A stretch of 64,000 bases of DNA from Eremomyces bilateralis CBS 781.70. Lineage: Eukaryota. Of this stretch, positions 26,373-37,260 are shown piece after piece. The notes below the pieces were generated by a model. The model worked only from the letters and a program-made list of their open reading frames with translations, had not been told where the DNA came from and did not search any database. The position numbers were made by a program, and so were the translations under genes. Within the stretch, counting starts at the first letter, position 1. Each line of letters opens with the position of its first letter. The stretch lies in assembly GCA_010015585.1 (NCBI GenBank), contig ML975152.1. One strand, written 5' to 3'.

Positions 26373-27801
26373 TGTAACACCAGACTTGCCAAATCTCAAT
26401 CGATGTTAATTGTAGTCTGCGGGAAATGCTCTTCGGAGTCCAGAACCAGATAAAGACTTTATTTCAGGAGAGAGATTAAAACCCGAATACCGAGGATGGC
26501 TTATATGCGATTGATATGAGGAGAGGGATAACAGATGTGGGGCAAGGCAAGATAAGCAATTGGCAACGAACTTTCGATCTACAGTGGATGTTGTACAGAT
26601 TGTCTTCGGAATGTGTCATTTCACTGATAGGCTAATTAACGCCGATATACTTGTCGTCTTGTCGCTTCTCACCACGCCGTTGATCCTTCAAAAAGAGTCC
26701 ACCTCGTGAAGTGTCAGGTGGAGCAAGGTAAAGATACGGAGCACAACGCAAGCAGGAATTATCTCCATTGCAATTGCATTTGTACATAAGGTACTTACTG
26801 GTCCTTATTGTACTTTCCCTACGGCCAATCGCGGTCTGATTATCGAATAGAGCTTACACCGGGTCTTGTCTTCCAGTCGATGATGTTCCGTTAGGATGTC
26901 AAGGTCGATACGAGTACCTTAGGTAATTAGTCGATGTCATCAGGATGTGCCTATAATATCCCTCATATTTTATCATCTCACCCATGACGCGAATCTATGA
27001 TATAGAAAGGAATGGCAAAAATGTCGTCTCTAAATCTTGGTACTCAAGTCTGTAATCTGTATGTTGGTGATCAAGCAGCGATCCCTTCGTGTTTACTATT
27101 TTTAATCATCCTGTCTGTCCGATTTTCCCCACACTTTCCAACGTCCTCTAATACTGCGTGTGTGGCTTCTACTATGACCATGTCCTTTCGATCAATTTCT
27201 TCATGTGGTAATCATGTCATACAAAATATCCTTCCTTCCGTTTGGGTTTTCCATCATGACGTTATTCACTCCGAGTTCCCCGAGTCCAAGTAATTTTATG
27301 CGATGGCAGACGGATGGCAGCTGCCCCCCAAGATTGCAGTGCTCCGGGTCGTATATCCGAAACATTCCATCAATGGTTCGACGAACGCACACTTGAACTC
27401 TGGACGAAGGTTGCCGTCTAGTAATAGCATGGAGAGAGGTGAGGGTCCACCTCCAATGTGGCAAGCGATCCGCTGATCGCAGGTCCCAAGCAATCAGGAA
27501 TTAACATCAGTCAAGTATACGATACCATTCATTGTTGCTTAGGACCATCTACCCGTATTCTCCAATATCGGAACCATCGGAAATGGACCACCAGATTTAG
27601 ATATCATCTCGCCAAGACTGAACACGAGGAATGAGGTAAGGTATTGACAACCTTGGGGGCAAGGAGCTGGGAGATCTGGATATATCAACCTCTTTGATTC
27701 CGCACTTGGGATATGGGATCTCCCTTATTGCATCAAGCCAGACATTCGATTCCTACTGCTGCTCATAATACAAGTTTCGCTTCCGCAGGGATACAATCAT
27801 C

Positions 27802-28262
27802 ATGCGCATGTTAAACCTTTGCACCACACTTATCAGGTTTGCAGCTTTCTCCTCCCTACTCCTGCCGTCCAACGACGTATGCTGATGATTTCCAGTCTTC
27901 TGCCCCTGGCTCTCGGGGTGCCTCCAAATCCGTCTTGCTCGGATTGTCCCGCGTCAACCACGGAGATTATCACCACGGTGGTGGCACGCCGATGTGATCC
28001 AATCTACACGAAGGTCGACAGCACCTCTCCTGGGGCATCATGCTCCTTCAACGACCACACGTGCATAGTGCCTGAGTGTCTCGCGCTCTCAACGACGACT
28101 GCACCGTGTCCAACCATTACAGACCACTGTTGCAAAGACCTGCCGAAAATTACGAGCACCTGGTACAAGCCTTGCCCAACCGCATGCCCGTCGCCGTGTG
28201 GTGGGACAAGCTGGGTTGTGGAGAGCGCTGCGGATTGTCCAACTCCTCTCCCGGCGCGATGA
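27802..28262 (+). CDS. Small secreted cysteine-rich protein (one intron ~27837-27895)
   Basis: Splicing gives MRMLNLCTTLISLLPLALG|VPPNPSCSDC...; signal-peptide-like N-terminus, 13 Cys in a ~115-aa Thr/Pro-rich mature part. Confidence 0.75.
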
Positions 28263-29179
28263 GGGTGAGTGGTTTGGCAGTCGTGTGGACTGAACGCTCC
28301 AAATTTCGATGAGAAGTGACTAATTGATGGACTGGGGGTATCGGACATGTCATCTATCTTCTAAATTGCCAAATGCGGACTCCATGGGTATTTACAGCGA
28401 TAACTTATGTGATCAGGGAATGCACATTCAGTCACTTCGAGCATCACAGAAGTAGTTTTAAACTGTGTACTGGCACCTAAGTTGTGGTGGCGCTGATGGC
28501 CCATCGTATAACTGCTCTTCCATGACGACTGCCCCAATCCAGACTCAAAGGGGCGATTTGATGGATGGCGTTTGGGACCAAGTGACGAGCCCCTGTTCTG
28601 GGCAAGCCAAAAATAGCAACCGTAAACCCGGGGAACGGACATGGATATATAGACTATAGACCCTTAAGACTAGAATATAATGCTCAACTCTCAGACTTTG
28701 GATAAGAACATGAGTGGATCTATGTTTCACGGGATTCAATCTAGGAAGTGAAAATGACGATCGTGTCTCTTCATTGCTTCGTATGGAAATGGTATTCATC
28801 GTTCCACAGATCCGGTTGCTTTCCTGCCGAGAAGGCCGGTTGGTTTGTGACAAAATCCATTAGCCACACCAGCTATTGTAGTTTGTGCGAATCGAGCAGT
28901 GAGCACGCATATGTGTTACGTCATGGGTCGATGCTAGAGAACTGACTGCATACTCATTCCGAAAGCGTGGCACCATCAATCTGGGGATCGTCGCATGGGA
29001 GGCGCAAGCCGTCTTCTGCAGGCTACTCATTGGACGAAAGGGATGCATGTTATTCAAGAATATCCCGTCTCATCGTCGGTGGAGAGCCGTACGTCTAACT
29101 CGAATGCTGGAGGGTGCCTAAACTTGCGTCTAACGACCCGGTACGAAGCAGGTATAAATATCAGTACCTTTTTCGATGT

Positions 29180-32100
29180 TCATCGTGCAATAAAGCCTGT
29201 AACGCGGGAGATTAGCCCATCGCATCATGACGAGAATGACGGCATTATGAAAACCTCGGACGGGGTCCTAATGTGTAGATGAATCGCAATGAGCGTACTT
29301 ACGATCTTCGTCAAGGAGAGTCCGCTCTTGGTAGCTTTCAATGATCCATGCGGCATCGACGATCTTTGGGATCGGTGACATTCTCCACGCTGTTAGGTCC
29401 TAACTGATTAAATGGAAGGCATGAGAAGCACTTACTGCGAGACCTTTTGACGGAGCTGATGCAAGTGCGATCGATCACGACCAACGACAACCTGAGTAAC
29501 ACTCTCATCCAGTGAGTTCGAAAGTGTACCTCCTACAAACCTCGCCTTTCGTCCTACCGCCTGCAGTTCATCGATTGCAGCAGTGAATTCGGGGGTTTTG
29601 GCAGCACCGTCTCCAAAATCAAGATAGAGAACTGACCCCTGAAATATGAAACGATCGCTTAGGTCCAGGCCATGGTCTTCCAAATGGTCCACAATCTCCA
29701 TCGCTTTGGCATGCTGATGCTTGTCTTCCGACTTAGGGAACTTTGCTAAGATCCCCCGTAATTCGCCGAGGTCGACGTCGCGGGCGTAGCTGTCACCGAA
29801 TTCGTCGGTAGTGGAATCCACCACAGCCTGGTCATCGTGCGTGGAGAAGTACATATGTTGCTCCTCGTACGGGATGAGATACCGTGGACGCCCAACATCC
29901 GCTTGAGCCTGCTTGATGCAATCGAAGAGCCAGATAGGCCGAATGATACTTCTGTCTGCCGACTTCTTTATCGATCGAGCCTTGAGGACTTCGCGGTCAG
30001 AAATGCATATGACGTCGCGGGAGGCGGTCTGAGTCTGAACGATGGAACCCCCGTGAACTTTCACCATATCCTCGAGCTCTGCCTTGCTCTTTTTCTCCGG
30101 AGCCAGAGACTCCGACATGATGAAGAAGGAAAGTCCCTCAAAGACCTTGGTACTCAGAGCGGCATATGGTGTAGAGACCTCGTCGTTGGCCCCAAGAACT
30201 TGTAATGGCCGTTTCTTTGGACGTTTGATCGTCATCCTCTTTTTCCGACGCTCGTTGTCGAGTTGAAACTCATTCTCTTTATGCTGCTTTTCCGCATTCG
30301 ATTTCAGTTGCATGAATCCCATCACACTCAGTGCATCCTTCCAATATTTATCAGGCCTCAAGCGTTTAAAGCGTGGGAACCGCAAAGTCAACCCCATCTT
30401 AAACTGATCCGTGGTTCCGACCGATGCGGCTTTGACAGAAACCACAATGGAATCTTCGGGTTTAATCCAAACATCGGGACGTTCATATTGCTTGTCGCCA
30501 CCGCCTAACTCAATCCAGTCCGATGGAGGCTTTTTTGGATCCCACTTGATCCATTTGTTGTCCGTCCTGTGTCGAATCTCGGCGTAGTCAGCTGCGCAGA
30601 AACCGCCGCCGACCTTGAAAAAGGAGTAACACTTCTGTTCGTTCGAGCCGCGTGCAACGTGATTTTGGTCGACCCTTAAACCACACAGAAAACTGGCGAG
30701 ATTCCCGCCTCGGTGCCCTGAGCCATAGTAGCCACCAATGACCACACAATCCAATTCCTCTCCGAATTCTGACATGTATTCCGGCTTGACCTTGATCCAG
30801 TCATCATTACGTTCGTTGAGTCGGTAAGGGGAGCGTGGATTCTTGATGACTAAGCCCTCAGAGGCTTCAGCAACAACTCTTCGAAGAGCGGGCTCAATGG
30901 AAGAGGCGCTATTTCCTTCAATGTACGAATGGATTTCTATCCGGCGATGTATGGAACTGATACTTGACTCGAGAGCCTTGCGCCGGTCTCTCAAGGTATA
31001 GAGAGTCAGGGCTTTGTCATTGAGATATAGACAGTCAAAGACGCGATAAAGCGGCCGTTGCCCTCCGGAGAATGGGTTGCGTTGTTCTGAAATCGCCGCT
31101 GTCTTCAGCGTCCCAAACGGAACCATTGCATCTTGCTCGACGTCCCACGTAATCATCTCTCCGTCAAGAATGACGTTGCGAACTCCAGGATTGAAGGCGT
31201 CTCTGATGTGACGAGTAAGAGAACTGTTATCGTCCTCGAATCCGGACCCGTAGAGGTATGTATAGTCCTTTGCTTTTCGGGACCAAAAGTTGAACCGGAA
31301 TCCGCCTAGAACGCTTTCATCCTCGACCATGTGCAGTTGCATCCGCTCACCGTCGAGTTTCTCTTCTATCCAGAAAACGTCATCGGCTTCAGTGGGCTTC
31401 ATTCTCTGGACCATCTTTTCAAACGAATGCATTTGGAAGGCCGCTAACTGGGGCTGGAAACATTGCATTAATGTAACCCCGCTGGTGTCCTCATCTAGCC
31501 GGATGACTGGATCATATAACTCCCAACATACTCTGCGGAGGCTGGATGACACATTAAAGAGGCTATCGGCGTCGGGGTGCCAAATATCAAAGAACGTTCT
31601 CTCGCTCGCTCCGATCTTCATTTGTCGTAGGATGATACGGATCAGCCAGATCAGCTCATCTGGGTTCATTCGCTGATAGAACTCGGAAAAAACTTTGATT
31701 TGATCCACTTCTTTAGACATGCCGGAAAGGATATCGAGTTTCTCGTTCACTTCGCCGATGGTCATATCCCCTGGCTCCGTTCGCATTGGTCTTTTCGAGA
31801 TGACTTCATAACATCGACCAGCGAAATCGCCGGCTGCATGGGTTTGGCCACCTGGAAGTTTCCAATTAAGGAGGTTGAAGCCATCTTGCGAATCTTTGTC
31901 GATTCGGAGGATCTTAACAAGAAGTTTGCCGATGGCCTTCTCCTTCAGGCCATACATGGCACGATCACGGTCCTTTTCGGGGACAACCAACCGAAACGCC
32001 GGGTATATATCGTTGCCAACCTCTTTCCTCCATCTTGAAATGAAGCTCTCAATGATATTTCTCCGGATTTCATGCGGAGTTAGATTTGAGGCTCCGTGTG

Positions 32101-32323
32101 GACCCAGTTTTCTGCGAGCAACTGGCGCCGTCGGTTTTCTGCGATTATCGTTGAGAGGGTTGAAAAGCGTCGTGTAGAGTATTGAGAAAGAAGGCGTAAC
32201 AGAATGGTTGTGAGGTCTGTTTGGATACTTCTCATCCAGTTCGGTTTCGGTGAGGCTGCCATAGCTGTACATTCGCCGCTCTTCGTCCACGGCTGCAGCA
32301 TCTCGCATGTGCGTATTCGCCAT
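29180..32323 (-). CDS. LIG4: DNA ligase IV (NHEJ) with two BRCT domains; two short 3' exons
   Basis: EEKLDGERMQLH (KxDG adenylation motif), SEGLVIK, WIKVKPEY, LRFPRF, BRCT repeats. Terminal exons MSPIPKIVDAAWIIESYQERTLLDED|RFIAR*. Confidence 0.95.
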
Positions 32324-33427
32324 GCTCTTATAGATTAAGAAGGCGGTAATATTAGTCGACCCAACGGTTCTGTCGGTGGATGAAGGAATGGTCGCATCAG
32401 TGTGATGGTTTGACGTTTTGCATATTATTCTAAATCGGATGGATGAAAGTGGCTCCAAGCATGAGGGCGTTTTGCATCCAGGCAGCCGTCACATCGAGTG
32501 CAATGATGGACACACAACAGGCACGCTAGGAGCTATCACAGACTAAACTTCAGAAACGCAACATTACATGCTTGGGGATCAATAGAATTCTTGCGAAAAG
32601 GTCGACTTAAGAGAAGTCACCAGGAAGTGAGTGAGCGATGGTGTGAGAAGCAACAAGCTTGGAGGCTTGTGGTGGTCATAATTAAATACCTGGCTAACAA
32701 ATCCCCCAGGACGACTACAAATTACTCCCTGTACAACAGGACCATTTTCATAGGTTGATTTGATTGTACCGGGCCGCAAATGACACGAGGAATATGAAGA
32801 GGGACATTCTATTAAACGTCTGAACCTGAAGTTACCTTAAGTAGTTATGTGTACCTTGATACATGTTTGAACCCTATTTCCCCTATTTCCATCAAAGCTG
32901 AGTCCCATTCTATGGTACCAGGCTGGGAGGAAAATGGACTTGCATATATCTTCATCTCCACATCAAACACCCTACCGCACCTACCTATGCGATAATTTTA
33001 TGCAATCTACAGGTACTTGGGAACGAGTGGTCCTGCACAATGAAGACTAGTTGAAACGTACATGATTGTTTCACTGGAACTGACGAGATTGGAGCAATAG
33101 GACATTGTCGTCAACTCGAATTTTATATATATCCAAAGCAGCAAAGACGGCATCCCTCCGAGTGGCTGCACGTCGCTTCCGCAGCCATCCGGGACGATAT
33201 GGCCTAGAGAACCCCGTCGCCGATGAATCCATGAAATTCAAGAAACAAGTCTTGAATCCCCGCGCTGGCATCACCTGTGTGCGCCAGCGGGAACCCTCAA
33301 CGCCGAATCTTGAAAAATAGCCATGAATGTGGCCGAGAAGAAAATGTCAAGAGCCGAAGGAGGGTGGTAGATGCGGCTGATTCATATGTTCTCTACAACA
33401 CCTCTTTCGCTGTCGGACTCGAGGTCT

Positions 33428-33631
33428 TTACATGATGGTGCACCCGTAGGGGTGGCCGTCAATATTGTTGACGGGAGCGGAGTCGGTCCCGGTCTTCATG
33501 ACGGTGCATCCATAGGGGCGGCCGTCAATATTGTTGACGGGAGCGGAATCGGACCCGGTCTTCATGACGGTGCATCCGTAAGGGCGGCCGTCAATATTGT
33601 TGACGGGAGCGGAGTAGGTCTGGAAAGTCAT
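33428..33631 (-). CDS. Putative a-factor-class (multi-CaaX, hybrid-type-like) mating pheromone precursor, 67 aa
   Basis: MTFQTY-SAPVNNIDGRPYGCTVM-KTGSD-SAPVNNIDGRPYGCTVM-KTGTD-SAPVNNIDGHPYGCTIM*. C-terminal CaaX plus two internal CaaX boxes, no signal peptide, start context gccaagATG, TATAAA upstream, near cyanase. Confidence 0.85.
   Translation of the reverse strand: MTFQTYSAPVNNIDGRPYGCTVMKTGSDSAPVNNIDGRPYGCTVMKTGTDSAPVNNIDGHPYGCTIM
33431..33613. repeat. 66-bp tandem repeat (~2.8 copies) forming the pheromone precursor repeats
   Basis: Unit catgacggtgcatcc..agggg cggccgtcaatattgttgacgggagcgga.tcgg.cccggtctt repeated with mostly synonymous differences. Confidence 0.95.
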
Positions 33632-33818
33632 CTTGGCTGATGTTGGGCTTGAAAGTTGTTTTGGTTGATTGGGATGGAATCGATCTGCCGGGGGCGTTAG
33701 CAAGGCTGAATCGACTGGTGTTGACGATGGTTCGAACTTACTGACTAACGATTGACTGAGATCGAATGTTGTGAGTGGGCGAAGAGGAAGTTCAGTTGAT
33801 CCGCAGCGAGGTCCAGCC

Positions 33819-33871
33819 TTTATAGACAACTGATGGAGTACTAGCTGTTCCGAAGCGCCTGTCCCTTTGAT
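33819..33871 (-). promoter_or_regulatory. TATA box (TATAAA, 33819-33824) and HMG-box-type motif ATCAAAG (33865-33871) of the pheromone-like gene
   Basis: Both motifs lie on the minus strand, ~190 and ~235 bp upstream of ATG 33631. Confidence 0.5.
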
Positions 33872-35462
33872 CCAGGAAGAGCTAAGGATGCAAAGCAAGC
33901 GAGTTTCAACTAGGGAGAGAAAGGTCTTGCGGACAATCGATTCACTTGAGGCGTTAGAAAAAACAAAACGCTCTGAATGATTCTCACGGAGAGGAGAAAG
34001 GCAGGAGAGGCTGGGAACTGGAATGTCTGCTGTTCTCGGATCGAAACAAAGCAATTGCTTCCAGAGGAAAGAGTTCGCAAGTTGAAGGATGCTCATTGGA
34101 AGTAGGAGATGCGGAACATCTTTGTGCCTCTGTTGGATCTATCACGATAAGTGTCCGGAAAAGGGATTTGGCGAGTTATGCTGAGAAAACGAGGCCGTCT
34201 TTGGAGCAGTGCACTGCTCAATCCTACCGCGCGCAACCCAATATCAGATGCAAATGCTGCTTCCTAGAAGCCACCCACCCATCGGAAACACACAGCATGA
34301 CGGAAATATATGACAGACATTTGCGTTGAAAGTCATTTGAAGCGCCGATACCATATGCCGCGACCAGATCTCAGACGAAATGGAAATGGCTTCCGAACTC
34401 GACGAAGGGGGAATCGCCCAAGTGCGCAGTGATCTGACAGGCGCCTACCATTCTCAGAACAGCGATACTCTGCTGATACTCTATAGATTCCTCGCTTAGG
34501 AGATTCTTTGAAAAAGCATTCAGTTGCCGTTAGTATTGTTGATGATGCTTACTATTGTTGTTGACGATGTTTACTATTGTTCTTAATATTGTTGTTGAAT
34601 TTCATATATGGCGCTAGTCCTAATCTGGAGGAGATATTCCGGTCCTTCCCAGCATCCATCCAATAATAAGCGCAATCCTTTGGAAGCGCATTGAAAGGAA
34701 ACTTGATTGATTTCGCATTCCTTGGCGGAAAAGTTCTCTAGGCGGAAAGGGATCCTTCAAATGCTTGGATTGCAAATTTGCAATGGAAAGCGGATTCGGC
34801 TTAGTGAAGCTTCCAGGTCTGTATGACGGAGTACCCCAATCCGTTGTATTTGCAGTTCTATGTTAGCTGAGTGTTTAAGGGGTAGTCTTTCTTCCTCTCC
34901 AAACCTCTATTACATTGAGGGTTCAAGGAGGAAAGTTCATTTATGGTTGAGATGGATGTAAATAGGAGAGGATGTTTAGCACCTTCTACAGTTTTACGTG
35001 ATTTGAATGACAGTATGAGAGATGAATGATCGACGCGGATAGAAAGTTCGAGAACATGCTGCTTTATTTAAGCATGTAACACGGTAATTAGATAAGGTCG
35101 GAAATGTCATGGGATTCACCGAAGATATTAATATACTGTAAGGATGCTGTTAACTGTACATCGAGGAGAGCGTAGACGTGGAAACAATTGTCCAGGCAGG
35201 CAGTGGCGGTGCGTTGAGAAATTCTGGAGGGTCAGAAGGAGGAAGGGGATTTCGCTAGTTAGTGTAACTGAATAGGACTCCATTTGCGGACCCTCATTCA
35301 CTTGCAATACCCCTGAGATGATTGACTCTGCACACAGCAGCTCTTCGGAAGGACTTGAAAAGCTCCACCATGGTGAACTGCCTCAGCAATCTTTGCCACA
35401 TCGTTCACCGCCCACTCCCCCGAGACCTGACCCATTTCGTTGGTAACGAATCCTCCATCGAC

Positions 35463-37109
35463 TTAAGTAGAAGACAGGGCAGGGCGTCCGACGACCACAT
35501 TCTTTCTCCTCCCCATCTCTTGATCCCAGCCCACGGGCTTAGCCTCACTGTACCGCTTAACAACCTCGTACTCCTGACCCTCACCCTCCCTCCCGCAGGT
35601 TTCCTCCATAGTCACGAATCCACCAGTGATCTGATCCAGATACTCATTGAACTTATTCGAGTGTCCAATGCTGCAGCGCCGGTTGTCTGGCGCGGTGACG
35701 TGGGCCGTAAGTCCCGCAAATGACTTGAACCGTCGTTGGCAAATTGGACACCCCGCGAACCTAATTGCATGGATCGTCGCGAAATGCGCCTTGACATTCT
35801 CCTTGGAGGGTAGCGTATCAGAACATGACGGATAGGGGCATGCGTAACATTCTTGGATCGGGTTGTAGAAGGGGTCGCAATTGAAGTCGGGGTGGTTGGG
35901 ATCCCAGGTTTCAAGTTTGAATATCGAGTTGTTCCCGTACGGGACGAGATCGACTCGAGACTTATACTCAACGGTCAGTGCCTTTTCCCAGCCGTGCGTG
36001 CGGTGAACAAGTTGCTCCGTGGGTTCCGCCCTCGGTTGCCGCTGGTGATGGGCATCGTCGTTCACGGAAAGGAGACCCATCTCTTCCAAGCCGCCCATAA
36101 GATCGTCCATGATGTTTCCATCCGCTGCCATGAACTTCGCGAGTAGTTCAGGAGGAAGTTCAACATCGCCCAGGGCTTTGGATTCAGTTGGGGCAGCAAT
36201 AGGCTCCACCGGGAGTGGGTGGACTGTCTTGATTTCGGCTTCGATCGGAGTGACTGGTGAGGTTGCCTTCAGTTCGTCTTGGACTGGAGAGACTGGGAAG
36301 GTTGCCTTCGACACGGAAAGAACAGGAGGATGGCTGAGTTTCAGCCCATAGGGGTCATCATCGTCGTCCCAGTTCACGAACGGAATATCGGGGTCGTCCA
36401 AACCCAACGTCGGCATCTCGACCTCATCCATCCCTTCATTGCTTCGAGCAGTCTTGACTGCTGTGGCCTCTTCCATACTAGCTTCCTTGATCGAAGGCGG
36501 GGATTTGTCATCGACAACGGCCTCAATTCCTCCGACGGGCGAGGTCACATCATTTGCATCTTCCGCAGCTCCAGAGAAGTCCTTGGCGAAAACCAATCTC
36601 GCTGCGTCGGGGTCCGTCATGATGGTTTTGACGATGCTCTTGTGTTGAACGCGTCCATAGAACCGGTCAGATGTAATTTTCTTGCAAAACCCCTTCTCGA
36701 GGTGGTTTACGTAGGCAGCGGGGGTTCCGAAGGGCTTTCCGCAGCCCACGCAGTTGACACTATGGATCAACGGGTGGAACTGAGCGGAGACGTATTAGCA
36801 ATAAGAAAGAAATCTGAAGATGTAGGCCGTAGGCCGTACCCGGGTGAAATGCTGCACGCGTTCAATCTTCTCGGCGAATTCTGTGCCACAGATGTGGCAG
36901 ATCGGGACCTCGTCCGGGTCTTCGGTGTGCCTCTCATCAGTGATCTTGTGGTCGACCATCTGCTGCCAATCGTTGAAAAGCTCATCGCACTTCACGCAGT
37001 AGTCGTGGACATTCTTCATGTGCTCCAGTGTCCATTTGAGCTTCTTGTAGCTATAGGTGCAGCCAGGAGATCTGCATTTGAACACCGGTTCGTCAGTAAT
37101 AGCCGACAT
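35463..37109 (-). CDS. Multi C2H2-type zinc-finger protein (intron 36780-36839)
   Basis: Fingers CRSPGC..H...H, CVKC..H, CHIC..H|FH, CVGC..H and C-terminal CPYPSC..H...H, CPIC..H, separated by an acidic Pro-rich linker. Confidence 0.8.
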
Positions 37110-37200
37110 GGTGAAGGTTGGAGTCCTGGACGGACAGAACAAAAGTGATGGGTCAGTGAGTTAAAAGCTCACGGTATAATTCTGTATTGGGGAAATATGT

Positions 37201-37260
37201 ATGAGAGAGAGTGAGAGAGAGTGAGAGAGAATAAGTGAGAGTGGGGGTGAGAGAGGTGGG
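37201..37260. repeat. GA/CT-rich low-complexity tract in the 5' leader of the zinc-finger gene
   Basis: gagagagagtgagagagagtgagagaga...; a CT-rich leader on the minus strand is typical of fungal 5' UTRs. Confidence 0.7.

Noticed and set aside
27201..27493. Overlapping short minus-strand ORFs upstream of T7H, considered as a possible gene relic
   Set aside because: No recognisable domain and no consistent exon chain
33428..33631. Alternative reading as a CRISPR array or a Kex2-processed RiPP (dikaritin/KEP) precursor
   Set aside because: The DNA is eukaryotic and has no unique spacers. There is no signal peptide, no KR/RR sites and no DUF3328/tyrosinase genes nearby. The CaaX boxes fit a lipopeptide pheromone better.
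33371..33640. Plus-strand 89-aa repeat ORF (LHDGA..AAVNIVDGSG.GPG)
   Set aside because: Antisense shadow of the 66-bp repeat. Variation between units is mostly synonymous in the minus frame, which also ends exactly on CaaX-stop.
33632..34096. N-terminal 155 aa of the 222-aa ORF 33428-34096
   Set aside because: It starts at TTG, has no in-frame ATG before 33631, and runs through the TATA box and promoter. The real CDS most likely begins at ATG 33631.
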